This document shows positions 10,382 to 20,565 of a DNA stretch of 64,000 bases, one piece after another; position 1 is the first letter of the stretch; every line of letters begins with the position of its first letter. The stretch lies in the IMG/VR virus record IMGVR_UViG_3300031957_001651, positions 1 to 64,000 of that record; one strand, given 5' to 3'. This DNA comes from a virus. Position numbers and translations under genes: made by a program. A model generated the notes under the pieces. The model was given only the letters and a program-made list of their open reading frames with translations. It was not told where the DNA came from and did no database searches.

Positions 10382-10879
10382 ATGCCAAAAAGAAAACAAT
10401 CGGAACATTATGTAAATAATAGAGATTTCCTAGATGCAATTGTAGAGTATAAAAAAGCACGTGAAGCAGCAGCAGAGGCAGGTGAACCAAGACCTAGGAT
10501 CACAAATTATCTCGGTGAATGCTTTCTTAAGATTGCAACTCATTTATCATATAAACCAAACTTTGTCAATTACATCTTTAAGGATGATATGATCTCTGAT
10601 GGAGTGGAGAACTGTATTCAGTATATTCATAATTTTAATCCAGAGAAATCCACAAATCCTTTCGCATACTTCACTCAGATTATTCACTACGCATTCCTGA
10701 GACGTATTCAGAAAGAGAAAAAGCAGTTGGACATTAAGAATAAGATCTTAGAAAAGACTGGATATGATCAGGTATTTGTTAATGACAATACTGTTGACAA
10801 TTCCAACTATGCAGACTATAATAGCATCAAAGATGCTGTCTATTCTAAACTTAGAGGAATGGGTTCAAATAACGTATGA
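10382..10879 (+). CDS. gp55: Late-transcription sigma factor gp55
   Basis: HYVNNRDF, NPFAYFTQIIHYAFLRRIQKEKKQ. Confidence 0.97.
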   Translation: MPKRKQSEHYVNNRDFLDAIVEYKKAREAAAEAGEPRPRITNYLGECFLKIATHLSYKPNFVNYIFKDDMISDGVENCIQYIHNFNPEKSTNPFAYFTQIIHYAFLRRIQKEKKQLDIKNKILEKTGYDQVFVNDNTVDNSNYADYNSIKDAVYSKLRGMGSNNV

Positions 10880-11925
10880 AGATTGCCCTCATCACAGATC
10901 AACACTTTGGAGCAAGAAAGAACTCAAAACTCTTTCATGATTTTTTTCTAAAGTTTTATAATGATGTATTTTTCCCGACTCTGAAAGAGGAGGGAATCAC
11001 TACGATTGTTGATATGGGTGATACTTTTGATAACAGAACTGGTATTAATTTTAGTTCACTTAAGTGGGCAAAGGATAATTACTATGATGTTCTGGAAAGT
11101 ATGGGATGTAAAATTCATACTATTGTAGGAAATCATACTGCCTTTTATAAGAATACTAATAATGTAAATGCAGTAGATCTCTTACTTCGTGAATATAGAA
11201 ATGTTGAAGTTTATTCAGAACCCTCTGAGGTTATTATTGACGGTCTAAAGTTAACATTTATTCCATGGATTAATAAAGAAAATGAGGAAACTACTTTCAA
11301 ACTTCTTAAAAATACAGATAGCAAGATTGCGATGGGGCACCTTGAACTCAGAGGATTTGCTGCTAATAAACAGTGCATCATGGAGCATGGTCATGAGAGC
11401 AAGTTATTTGAGAAGTTCACCAAGGTCTTCTCTGGGCACTACCACACTAGATCGAATGATCGAAACATCCATTACACAGGAAACGCATACGAAATTTACT
11501 GGAACGATGTAAATGATGTACGTGGATTTACAATATTCGATACTGAAACCTTAGAGCATACTTTTGTCAATAATCCATATAGTATTTTCCATCACGTTTA
11601 CTATGAGGATACCGATTATAAGACCTTTGACTTTTCAAAGTATCGGGATATGATTGTAAAAGTTATTGTTAGAAAGAAAACTAATAATAAAAACTTTGAG
11701 AAGTTTATTGATAAGTTTTACATCTCCAATGTTGCGGACTTGAAGATTGTAGAAAGTCAAGATTTTAATGGATGGTACTCTAAGGATCAGATAGAAGAAA
11801 TAGAATCTGAGGATACTTTAAGTTTGTTAAATAAGTATATACAGGAATCTGAGATTGACTTAGATAAATCAGAATTATCTAAAATTATCAAAGAGGTGTA
11901 TCAGGAAGCTTGCGAAATGATCTAG
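10876..11925 (+). CDS. gp47: Recombination endonuclease gp47 (Mre11/SbcD-like)
   Basis: DQHFG, MGDTFD, GNH, SGHYH phosphoesterase motifs. Confidence 0.96.
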   Translation: MKIALITDQHFGARKNSKLFHDFFLKFYNDVFFPTLKEEGITTIVDMGDTFDNRTGINFSSLKWAKDNYYDVLESMGCKIHTIVGNHTAFYKNTNNVNAVDLLLREYRNVEVYSEPSEVIIDGLKLTFIPWINKENEETTFKLLKNTDSKIAMGHLELRGFAANKQCIMEHGHESKLFEKFTKVFSGHYHTRSNDRNIHYTGNAYEIYWNDVNDVRGFTIFDTETLEHTFVNNPYSIFHHVYYEDTDYKTFDFSKYRDMIVKVIVRKKTNNKNFEKFIDKFYISNVADLKIVESQDFNGWYSKDQIEEIESEDTLSLLNKYIQESEIDLDKSELSKIIKEVYQEACEMI

Positions 11926-11926
11926 T

Positions 11927-12196
11927 ATGTATATCGTAGTAATTGATGGAGAAGAAGATAGAGGTGCATATTCTGTAGCAGATGATAATGGTGAAAATGT
12001 TCTATACATCTGGGAAAATGACGATGATGTGGAACGTTTTATTATGATGCTAGAAGAAAGTGGTGCTCCAAAAATGAGATCTGTTGAAGTCGAAGAAGAT
12101 TTATTATTTGAAACATGTAGTCAACATGGTTACATGTATGCTATTATTGGTAGTGATGAGTTAGTAGTTCCACCTGAAGAACATGATTTATTTTAA
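11927..12196 (+). CDS. Hypothetical protein between gp47 and gp46
   Basis: 89-aa acidic ORF, tightly packed. Confidence 0.8.
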   Translation: MYIVVIDGEEDRGAYSVADDNGENVLYIWENDDDVERFIMMLEESGAPKMRSVEVEEDLLFETCSQHGYMYAIIGSDELVVPPEEHDLF

Positions 12197-13898
12197 GAAG
12201 ATTGGTTGGAAAAATTTTCTTTCAACGGGCAACCAATACACAGAAGTCCAACTTGATGAATGTAAAAACAGTATAATTATTGGTACTAATGGTGCAGGTA
12301 AGTCAACTATTCTTGATGCACTGACTTTTGTCTTGTTTGGAAAGTCATTTCGCAAAATTAATAAACCTCAACTTATTAACTCTACGAACGAGAAAGATTG
12401 TGTTGTAAATATTGATTTTACAATTGGATCTGTAGACTGGAGAATTGTTCGTGGAATTAAACCAAATATCTTTGAGATTTATAGAGATGGAACACCTCTA
12501 GATCAAGCAGCATCTGTTAATGATCAGCAGAAGTATCTTGAGCAAAGCATTCTCAAGATGAATTATAAATCATTCACTCAGATCGTAATACTTGGAAGTA
12601 GTAACTTTACACCATTTATGCAATTACCTGCTGCAGGTAGACGTGAAGTTATTGAGGATATTCTTGATATAAAAGTTTTTTCTACAATGAATAATATCAT
12701 TAAAGATCAACTTAGGAGATATAGGGAAGATGTTAAAGTATTAAATCTAAAGAAAGAATCTTTTACTGATAAAGTTAGAATGCAAGAAAACTTTATTAAT
12801 GAACTTGATAATCGTGGTAAGGATGTAATTAATAAGTATAACAATAAAATTTCTCAACTTAATAATGATATTGGGATTCTTAATAGAGACAATTCTATAT
12901 TTGAAGAAGACGTGTTTCGTTATACGAAAGAACTTGAAAGTGTTCAAGATGCGAAAAGTAAAGTTCGTAAACTTGGAAACCTGAAGGGTAAAATCTCACA
13001 GAAAATGGATACCATTAAACGTGAGCAAAATTTCTTTTCGGATAATCTTACATGTCCTACGTGTGAGCAAACTATAGAAGAGTCTTTTCGTGTTAAAAGA
13101 CTTAAAAATACTGATAATAAACTAAATGAATTGGAGAATGGATATGATCAACTTATTGAAACTATCAAGTCTGAAGAATTTCGGGAGACAATTTTTGACA
13201 ACATTTCAAAATCTATTATGGAGTCCCAAAGTAAAATTAGTTCCAATAGTGCAAAGATCTCGTCACTACAAAGTCAAGTAACTAGTCTAAATTTTGAGAT
13301 TAACACTTTAAATGATCAGTCAGCAAATAAGACTGAAGAAAAAGAAAAGTTAAACTCATATAAAGATAATCTTGAAACCGTATTTGATGATCTCAGTGAG
13401 AATAGAGATAAAATTATTAGACATGATTTTCTTCATGAACTTCTGAAAGATAGTGGAGTCAAGTCTAAAATCATTGAAAAGTATCTTCCACTCATAAATC
13501 AGCAAGTGTCTAAGTATCTTCAGATGATGGAGTTTTATATTAACTTCAAACTTGATGAAGAATTTAATGAAACGATAGAATCACCAATTCATGAAGATTT
13601 TTCTTATTCTTCATTCTCTGAAGGTGAGAAGCAACGTATTGACTTGGCACTATTATTCACTTGGAGAGAAGTTGCTAAGATTAAAAACTCTACTAGCACT
13701 AATCTTTTGATTATGGATGAAATCTTTGATTCATCTCTTGATGGATTTGGAACGGATGAGTTTCTTAAAATTATTCGATTTGTTATTAAAGATGCCAACA
13801 TCTTTGTTATTTCTCACAAAGAATCTCTTCATGATAAGTTTGATCGTGTTATCAAATTTGAGAAGAGAAAGAATTTTTCACAGATAGTTGAATCATGA
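12183..13898 (+). CDS. gp46: Recombination ATPase gp46 (Rad50/SbcC-like)
   Basis: GTNGAGKS, CPTC zinc hook, FSEGE signature, MDEIFD. Confidence 0.97.
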   Translation: MIYFKKIGWKNFLSTGNQYTEVQLDECKNSIIIGTNGAGKSTILDALTFVLFGKSFRKINKPQLINSTNEKDCVVNIDFTIGSVDWRIVRGIKPNIFEIYRDGTPLDQAASVNDQQKYLEQSILKMNYKSFTQIVILGSSNFTPFMQLPAAGRREVIEDILDIKVFSTMNNIIKDQLRRYREDVKVLNLKKESFTDKVRMQENFINELDNRGKDVINKYNNKISQLNNDIGILNRDNSIFEEDVFRYTKELESVQDAKSKVRKLGNLKGKISQKMDTIKREQNFFSDNLTCPTCEQTIEESFRVKRLKNTDNKLNELENGYDQLIETIKSEEFRETIFDNISKSIMESQSKISSNSAKISSLQSQVTSLNFEINTLNDQSANKTEEKEKLNSYKDNLETVFDDLSENRDKIIRHDFLHELLKDSGVKSKIIEKYLPLINQQVSKYLQMMEFYINFKLDEEFNETIESPIHEDFSYSSFSEGEKQRIDLALLFTWREVAKIKNSTSTNLLIMDEIFDSSLDGFGTDEFLKIIRFVIKDANIFVISHKESLHDKFDRVIKFEKRKNFSQIVES

Positions 13899-14740
13899 AA
13901 TTTGTAACTCTAGCAGGATTGCCTAGAAGTGGAACTACACTATTGGGAAATCTTTTGCAGCAGCACCCAGACATTACTGTTGAGATGGACTCTTGTCTCT
14001 CAGATATTTTAACAAATATATCCCAACATTCTGAGAAAGTTTATACTGAGACTCAGCATACCATGAAAGATATGAAGATTTTATATAAATCTTTTATGAG
14101 AGCAGGTATATCTTCTTGGTTAGAGAATTTATGCTATACTAATATCTACGTTGATAAAGATAGAAGTTGGGCAGTAGATTTTGATTTACTTTTTAATCTT
14201 GTTCCCTCCGCCAAAGTAATATTTGTTGTTAGGGATCTCCGTGGTGTAATTTCTTCCATGGAGAAGATGGAAACTGAAAATAGAATTATGGGACCATCTA
14301 CACCAGAACTTTATCCTTTTGATTCTAGAGAAGATTACCATCAAGTTGATTTGATGGATAAGAGAATAGAGTCTTATATGCAGATGGATATGATTTATAC
14401 TCCACTATTTGCACTGAAAGAAATCTTAGATTGTGAAAGAAAATATTTGAAGAATTTTAAGTTTGTTAAATATGAGGATTTTATTGAACATCCTCAAAAA
14501 ACATTATCTGAAATTTATATGTTCATTGATGCAGATCATCATAGTAATGATTTGGATAATGTGGAGCAAGGGCATTTCAACGATTCAATATATGCACCTT
14601 GGGGTGATCATACGATACGTCCTAAGGTAGTTTCTAAAAAAGAAACATACGAGTTTCCGTTGATAAAACGGAAATCTCAACATAAAATATTGAGAGATTA
14701 CTCTTGGTATTATCAATTTCTATATCCAAATCTAAAATAA
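13895..14740 (+). CDS. Sulfotransferase family protein
   Basis: GLPRSGTTLL 5'-PSB loop, VVRDLRGVISS 3'-PB, VKYEDF. Confidence 0.88.
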   Translation: MKFVTLAGLPRSGTTLLGNLLQQHPDITVEMDSCLSDILTNISQHSEKVYTETQHTMKDMKILYKSFMRAGISSWLENLCYTNIYVDKDRSWAVDFDLLFNLVPSAKVIFVVRDLRGVISSMEKMETENRIMGPSTPELYPFDSREDYHQVDLMDKRIESYMQMDMIYTPLFALKEILDCERKYLKNFKFVKYEDFIEHPQKTLSEIYMFIDADHHSNDLDNVEQGHFNDSIYAPWGDHTIRPKVVSKKETYEFPLIKRKSQHKILRDYSWYYQFLYPNLK

Positions 14741-14753
14741 TACGAACTATAAA

Positions 14754-15074
14754 ATGCCAAAAAGAACAAGAAAATCTAAAGTCCTTGCGAGAATGCAATG
14801 GTTGACCAATTATAAAACTGGAAAACCTTGTCAAGATTGTGGAAATACATATGATCCAATTTGTATGGATTTTCATCATGAGCAACCAGAATTGAAAAAA
14901 GATGAAATCCGTATGTTACTCCGAGACGGGTACTCTATGGATATTGTCCAAGCAGAAATTGATAAATGTGTCTTGATCTGTTCTAATTGTCATAGACTTA
15001 GACACAAGAACGATCCTGTGACGGTTCATAAACTGGTACAGAAATCGAAGTCGAAGGCTGTATTGCCTTTATAA
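14754..15074 (+). CDS. Small HNH-family endonuclease
   Basis: CQDCG...MDFHH...CVLICSNCHRLRH. Confidence 0.82.
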   Translation: MPKRTRKSKVLARMQWLTNYKTGKPCQDCGNTYDPICMDFHHEQPELKKDEIRMLLRDGYSMDIVQAEIDKCVLICSNCHRLRHKNDPVTVHKLVQKSKSKAVLPL

Positions 15075-15075
15075 T
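15020..15075 (+). promoter_or_regulatory. Promoter with quasi-palindromic upstream box (GACGGTT-CATA-AACTGGT) and TATAAT
   Basis: AACTG at 15031, TATAAT at 15070; no clear -35. Confidence 0.65.
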
Positions 15076-15098
15076 AGGTACATCTAAGACAAACAGGC

Positions 15099-17234
15099 AT
15101 GTCCATCAACTTTGAAGTGAAGAGTCAACTTGCCAAACTTCTTGCTACGGAAGATTTGATTGTTGAGCATCGTCATGTTGAGACTGCAATGTTCAATGTA
15201 CACACTCGGGTTCTGACACTTCCTATGTGGAAGAAAGCATCTGAGTGTGTTTTTGATATGTTGGTTGCCCACGAAGTTGGACATGCCCTCTTTACTCCCG
15301 ATGAATGGGATTGGGATACTCCTAAACAGTTTGTCAATGTTGTGGAAGATGCCCGAATTGAGAAACTTATGAAACGCAAGTATGCTGGACTTGCTAAAAC
15401 ATTTTATCGTGGTTACGAGGAACTTTCTGAGGAAGATTTCTTTGCACTAGAGAACGAAAATATTCCTTCAATGAATCTTGCAGATCGTGCAAACCTTTGG
15501 TTTAAAATTGGTAATTTTGTCAACATTCCTATTCAGAGAGGAAAGGAGATGGAAATTATCAATATGATTGCTGATTGTGAAACCTTTGCTGATGTTCTGA
15601 TTGTTGCCGAAGAACTATACAACTTTTGTAAGAAAAATCAAGAGGAAAACCTGAGTGAGGTTTCACTTGCTCCTACTCAAGGATCTTCGAGTTCTTCTGA
15701 AAATCAAAATACTTCTGAGTCTAGTGATGGTGAACTAGACACAGAATCAACTGAGTCTTCTGAAGGTGAATCTGGTGAAGATTCAATGCCAGAGATTGAA
15801 TCACCATCTTCTGGTGGTGGATCTTCTAGTCTTGAGGTAAAAACTGCCGAGAATCTTGAAGATTCTATTAGTGATCTCATTGATGATCGTGGAGCAGATA
15901 ATCCATATAGTGAACTAACTTATTTAAATATTCCAGATTTAGATTTAAAAACAGTAATTTCATCTAATTCTGACATTCATGATCACATCAATACATTTTG
16001 GTCTAATTATGAAAATGATGGTGGAGACCTACGTCATTTTGATTGGGCAGACATTTCATACACAGACTTTAAAAAATCAGCACAGAAAGAAGTAAACTAT
16101 CTCGTCAAAGAATTTGAATGCCGCAAGTCTGCTGCTGCATATTCTCGTGCTTCTGTATCTAAGACTGGTGTTCTTGATACTGCTAAGTTACACACTTACA
16201 AGTATAATGAAGATCTTTTCAGGAAAGTAACTGTTCTTCCTGATGGCAAGAATCATGGTCTTCTATTTGTTCTTGACTGGTCTGGTTCTATGGGAACCGT
16301 GATGCTTGATACTATGAAGCAACTGTTTAATCTAATTTGGTTCTGCCGTAAGGTATCAATTCCGTTTGATGTTTATGCATTTACTAATGATTTTAGATGT
16401 GGAAATTATGATAGTATGGGAAAACTAATTTACCCAGAACCTCATTATGAAAAGGAGGATGGATTACTTCAAGTTTCTGATGTATTCTCGATGATGAATA
16501 TTCTTACTAGTAACGTAAGTAATCGTATTCTTGATAAGCAAATGCATACTATGTTCCGAATTGCATTTGCACAAACTAAATATGTTGGTTATCCAGTTCC
16601 TATTCGTGTGGGTCTATCTGGTACTCCTTTAAATGAAGCACTCATTTCTCTTCATAATATTATTCCCACCTTTAAGAAACAATACTCTCTTGAAAAAGTT
16701 CAGTGCATTGTTCTTACTGATGGTGAGGCAGGACCATTAAATCGTCATGTTGCTGTTGAGTATCCAAATCAAGAAAAACGAATTGGAACTGCACGTCTCA
16801 ATGCCAATTGCTATATTCGTGATCGTAAGATTGGTACAACTTACAAAGTCACTAATTATCACGAATCAGCATACGTTTCATTTACTAATTTAATGTTAAC
16901 TAATCTTAAGGATAGTTTTCCAAATACGAATTTTGTAGGTATTCGTGTCCTTTCAAAAGGTGATTCTGGATCTTTCATTCGTCTTCATGGAAGTTCTTGG
17001 GAAGAAATTGAATCTATGAAAATTAAATGGAAGAAAGAACGTTGCGTCATGATTAAAAATTCTGGTTATGATACTTATATTGGACTTGCTAGTTCTGATT
17101 TATCCAACCAAACAGACTTTGAAGTAGATGATGGTGCAACAAAGGCAAAGATCAAATCTGCTTTTGTCAAGTCTTTGAAAACTAAGAAGTCCAATAAAAA
17201 AGTTTTGAATGAGTTTGTTTCATTGATTGCATGA
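15099..17234 (+). CDS. HEXXH metallopeptidase-like/vWA (CobT-like) protein
   Basis: AHEVGHA, NVVEDARIE, acidic Ser-rich linker, MIDAS DWSGS, GTPL, LTDGE. Confidence 0.88.
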   Translation: MSINFEVKSQLAKLLATEDLIVEHRHVETAMFNVHTRVLTLPMWKKASECVFDMLVAHEVGHALFTPDEWDWDTPKQFVNVVEDARIEKLMKRKYAGLAKTFYRGYEELSEEDFFALENENIPSMNLADRANLWFKIGNFVNIPIQRGKEMEIINMIADCETFADVLIVAEELYNFCKKNQEENLSEVSLAPTQGSSSSSENQNTSESSDGELDTESTESSEGESGEDSMPEIESPSSGGGSSSLEVKTAENLEDSISDLIDDRGADNPYSELTYLNIPDLDLKTVISSNSDIHDHINTFWSNYENDGGDLRHFDWADISYTDFKKSAQKEVNYLVKEFECRKSAAAYSRASVSKTGVLDTAKLHTYKYNEDLFRKVTVLPDGKNHGLLFVLDWSGSMGTVMLDTMKQLFNLIWFCRKVSIPFDVYAFTNDFRCGNYDSMGKLIYPEPHYEKEDGLLQVSDVFSMMNILTSNVSNRILDKQMHTMFRIAFAQTKYVGYPVPIRVGLSGTPLNEALISLHNIIPTFKKQYSLEKVQCIVLTDGEAGPLNRHVAVEYPNQEKRIGTARLNANCYIRDRKIGTTYKVTNYHESAYVSFTNLMLTNLKDSFPNTNFVGIRVLSKGDSGSFIRLHGSSWEEIESMKIKWKKERCVMIKNSGYDTYIGLASSDLSNQTDFEVDDGATKAKIKSAFVKSLKTKKSNKKVLNEFVSLIA

Positions 17235-17398
17235 CTAAGAGATCTTGTCCTTATTGTGGTAAATTTGACACACTCTGTGCTGATGTCACTAGTCTTTCTA
17301 GGGCATGGGCACGGAGTGCTTGCATGTTAAAACATAAAGGAATACCACTTTCTAAACTGTCCTCTGATGACGAAACTGACCAGAGTTCTATACTATAA
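17231..17398 (+). CDS. Small hypothetical protein with CPYC motif (55 aa)
   Basis: Manual read MTKRSCPYCGKFDTLC...; ATGA overlap with upstream stop. Confidence 0.5.
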   Translation: MTKRSCPYCGKFDTLCADVTSLSRAWARSACMLKHKGIPLSKLSSDDETDQSSIL

Positions 17399-17399
17399 T
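17344..17399 (+). promoter_or_regulatory. Promoter with quasi-palindromic upstream box (ACCACTT-TCTA-AACTGTC) and TATAAT
   Basis: AACTG at 17355, TATAAT at 17394; same geometry as the 15020 site. Confidence 0.65.
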
Positions 17400-17421
17400 A
17401 ACTTCAGTTCAAACGAAACGC

Positions 17422-18525
17422 ATGTCCATGTCTCCAGAATACGTTGTCACTTCACTTCAAGCACTTTACGGTAACAATGTCACTTCTTCTGATATTCGTG
17501 CTTGGTGTGCAATGAATGATGCTAACTATCAGACTGTTACCAATAAACTATCCGATCATAAGATTGGTCGTGGAAAGTGGAATCTTGAAGCAACTCAACA
17601 AAAGGTGGAAGAAATTGAACGCACTTATCAGGCACCTCCTGCGATGCCTGCTGTAGAACAAAACCTTATTCCTGAAAAAGATGATACCTTCGTCCAGTTT
17701 GGCAATTTCAGTGATGTTAAAAAAATTATTAAGTCCCGTCTGTTTTATCCAACGTTCATCACAGGACTTTCTGGAAACGGTAAAACGTTCTCGGTTGAGC
17801 AGGCATGTGCTCAACTTGGTAGAGAACTAATCCGAGTAAACATTACTATCGAGACTGATGAGGATGATCTTATTGGTGGTTTTCGACTTATTGATGGAAA
17901 CACCGTCTGGCACAATGGCCCAGTCATTGAAGCACTTGAACGAGGTGCTGTACTTCTCCTTGACGAAATCGACCTGGCATCTAATAAAATTTTGTGTCTT
18001 CAATCCATTCTAGAAGGTAAGGGTGTCTTCCTTAAGAAGATTGGAAAGGTTATTAAACCTGCTGAAGGATTTCAAGTAGTTGCTACTGCTAATACTAAAG
18101 GTAAGGGTTCTGATGACGGTCGTTTTATCGGCACAAATGTCCTCAACGAAGCCTTCCTAGAACGATTCCCTGTAACCTTTGAGCAGGCATATCCTTCTCC
18201 TACAAGTGAAGCAAAGATTCTTTCTAAGGTTGCCCATACTCTTAATGTTGATGATGATAACTTCTTGTCTCGTTTAGTCGATTGGGCTGACATTATCCGC
18301 AAGACCTTCTATGATGGTGGTATTGATGAGGTGATCAGCACCCGTCGTTTAGTGCATATCATTCGTGCTTATAGTATCTTTGATAATAAAGAAAAGGCAA
18401 TTGATGTATGTACTGCACGATTTGATGATGAGACCAAGCAGTCATTTATTGAACTTTATGATAAGATTGATGCCGACTTTGAAATGACATCTGATGATGA
18501 ACTTGACTCTGAACCCAATTTCTGA
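17422..18525 (+). CDS. cobS: MoxR-family AAA+ ATPase (cyanophage CobS-like)
   Basis: GLSGNGKT, DLIGG, LLLDEID, TANTKG, NEAFLERF, STRRL. Confidence 0.9.
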   Translation: MSMSPEYVVTSLQALYGNNVTSSDIRAWCAMNDANYQTVTNKLSDHKIGRGKWNLEATQQKVEEIERTYQAPPAMPAVEQNLIPEKDDTFVQFGNFSDVKKIIKSRLFYPTFITGLSGNGKTFSVEQACAQLGRELIRVNITIETDEDDLIGGFRLIDGNTVWHNGPVIEALERGAVLLLDEIDLASNKILCLQSILEGKGVFLKKIGKVIKPAEGFQVVATANTKGKGSDDGRFIGTNVLNEAFLERFPVTFEQAYPSPTSEAKILSKVAHTLNVDDDNFLSRLVDWADIIRKTFYDGGIDEVISTRRLVHIIRAYSIFDNKEKAIDVCTARFDDETKQSFIELYDKIDADFEMTSDDELDSEPNF

Positions 18526-18531
18526 TATAAT
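18503..18531 (+). promoter_or_regulatory. Sigma70-type promoter
   Basis: TTGACT-17nt-TATAAT, extended -10. Confidence 0.75.
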
Positions 18532-18545
18532 AACAGAGGTTTATT

Positions 18546-19124
18546 ATGACTAATTCTTGGAGTTTGCTTTACGACAAAATGTATGGATCTAGTGAAGAAC
18601 AAATGGACTACTTTAACCATGATGGTCGTCCTCTAGCAGACGACCGACCAATTCTTGAAGAAGATTATCTCGACTTTGGGAATACTCTCAATATCAATGC
18701 GCCGATTTCATCTATGAGTGACGATACAATTTCATTTAATACGGAGGATAATATGCCTCCTTGGGGACACAGTGATATGGAAGCACTTGGTTCAATTGAC
18801 TTAAATCTTGAGTCTACTGCTAGAAATGGTTTCTGGAAGTATGAAGAAGACCTGACTATGATGGAGGTTCGTGAATACCTCTCAGGAACATACAGAGCAC
18901 ACTATACTTCTAAGGATTCTAAGACCCAAACTCTGGATCTGATTGAAAGTATTGGTGATGCAGAACCATTCTGCCGTTCTAATGCAATCAAATATCTTTC
19001 TCGTTTTGGTAAGAAGGGTGGAAAGTCTAAACAAGACATTCTAAAAGCAATTCATTATTGCGTCCTTCTCTACCATTTCTCTGGTCTACACAAGCAACCC
19101 AAAGGTGATTATGAAACTTTCTGA
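18546..19124 (+). CDS. Hypothetical protein with C-terminal DUF3310-like domain
   Basis: HYT...FCRSNAIKYLSRFGKKGG...DILKAIHY. Confidence 0.7.
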   Translation: MTNSWSLLYDKMYGSSEEQMDYFNHDGRPLADDRPILEEDYLDFGNTLNINAPISSMSDDTISFNTEDNMPPWGHSDMEALGSIDLNLESTARNGFWKYEEDLTMMEVREYLSGTYRAHYTSKDSKTQTLDLIESIGDAEPFCRSNAIKYLSRFGKKGGKSKQDILKAIHYCVLLYHFSGLHKQPKGDYETF

Positions 19125-19779
19125 TTCAACTGTTAATATTCTCAAAAACTTTTCTAATATTAACCAGTCTCTTCTCTTCAAAGAAGGAAAGAAACTCCGT
19201 ACTATCAGTGTGATGAAGAATATTCTTGCTGAGGTTGAAGTAAATGAAGACTTTCCCAAAGACTTTGGCATTTATGATCTTAACCAGTTTCTTAATGGTC
19301 TGAGTCTGCACCAGAGTCCTGAACTTGACATTGAGAATGATTCTTACATGGTTATCCGTGAAGGTAAGATGCGTTCTAAGTACTTCTTTGCTGATCCCAA
19401 TGTGATTATCAGTCCTCCTGAGAAAGATATTATTCTGACTTCTGAAGAAATCTCTTTTGATCTCAATACTCAGCAACTGGACAAACTTCTTAAGGCATCT
19501 GCTGTATATCAACTTCCAGATCTATCTGTTGTTGGTGAGAATGGTGTTGTCAAGTTAGTTGTATCTGATCGTAAGAATGATACTTCTAATGATTTCTCAA
19601 TCATTGTTGGTGAGACTGAGAATATTTTTAGTTTCAACTTCAAGGTAGAAAACATCAAGATTCTTCCTGGTAGTTATCAAGTTTCTATCTCTAAGAAACT
19701 TCTTTCTAAGTTTGTCAACTCTGATAAAAACCTGACCTATTGGATTGCCCTAGAACCAGATTCGTCTTATGAGGACTAA
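19111..19779 (+). CDS. gp45: Sliding clamp gp45
   Basis: MKLSDSTVNILKNFSNINQS, FGIYDLNQFL, YWIALE. Confidence 0.96.
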   Translation: MKLSDSTVNILKNFSNINQSLLFKEGKKLRTISVMKNILAEVEVNEDFPKDFGIYDLNQFLNGLSLHQSPELDIENDSYMVIREGKMRSKYFFADPNVIISPPEKDIILTSEEISFDLNTQQLDKLLKASAVYQLPDLSVVGENGVVKLVVSDRKNDTSNDFSIIVGETENIFSFNFKVENIKILPGSYQVSISKKLLSKFVNSDKNLTYWIALEPDSSYED

Positions 19780-20359
19780 ATTTGTTGAAGTAATTGATGA
19801 TTTTCTTGATAAGTCTTATTTTGATTTCATCGTAAATGATGTCATGAATGATGATACTTTTCATTGGTATTATAGTGATGATTCTACTTATTCAAGTAGT
19901 AAAAAATTCAGTATAAATGGAGAAGTAAAAGATACTCAAGGTTTTTCTAATCTCCTCGTGACAGACGATAAAGCAAGATCTAGAGCAGGAGATTTAATAT
20001 ATCCTTTTGCTCTAAAAGTAAAATCTTATCTTGGTGCGAAAGAAGTTATGAGAGTTAGAGCAGATCTGTGTACACAAAACGTAGATGGTGCTATTCATGG
20101 ACCTCATGTTGATTTTCCTGGAAAATTTCACTACTCATCAATTCTTTATTTAAATGAAACCGATGGCAATACTCTCATTTTTAATGAGAGGGATCCTGGA
20201 TCTCAAGTCAATGGAGATAATATCGATAGTTTTACTATAAAGGAGGCTATCACTCCAAAACCAAATCGTTTAGTTGTCTTTGATGGTCGATATATTCATA
20301 GTGGGTGTTCACCAAGAGATCATAAATGCAGAAAACTTCTGAACTCAAACTACAGATAA
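19769..20359 (+). CDS. 2OG-Fe(II) oxygenase superfamily protein
   Basis: PHVD, ILYLN, NRLVVFDG...H, distal R. Confidence 0.8.
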   Translation: MRTKFVEVIDDFLDKSYFDFIVNDVMNDDTFHWYYSDDSTYSSSKKFSINGEVKDTQGFSNLLVTDDKARSRAGDLIYPFALKVKSYLGAKEVMRVRADLCTQNVDGAIHGPHVDFPGKFHYSSILYLNETDGNTLIFNERDPGSQVNGDNIDSFTIKEAITPKPNRLVVFDGRYIHSGCSPRDHKCRKLLNSNYR

Positions 20360-20565
20360 CTCCTGATGTTACTTTAAGAATAATCGGAAGTATTGGAGTT
20401 ATTGTTGCATATTTTACTATAACTCATGTTGATGTTATGGTGGGTGTGTATATCAATTTAATTGCTGACCTTATTTCGGTTCCTTACTTTATTAGAACAA
20501 AGTCTTGGGACGTGGTTATAATGATAGCATTCCTCCTGACAATCTCGATGTCAAAAATACTATGA
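20326..20565 (+). CDS. Small membrane protein
   Basis: 79 aa, 2-3 hydrophobic helices; start uncertain. Confidence 0.6.
   Translation: MQKTSELKLQITPDVTLRIIGSIGVIVAYFTITHVDVMVGVYINLIADLISVPYFIRTKSWDVVIMIAFLLTISMSKIL

Noticed and set aside
17422-18525. cobS as evidence of cobalamin synthesis
   Set aside because: No cobN or other cob genes in the window; a generic MoxR-vWA role fits better.
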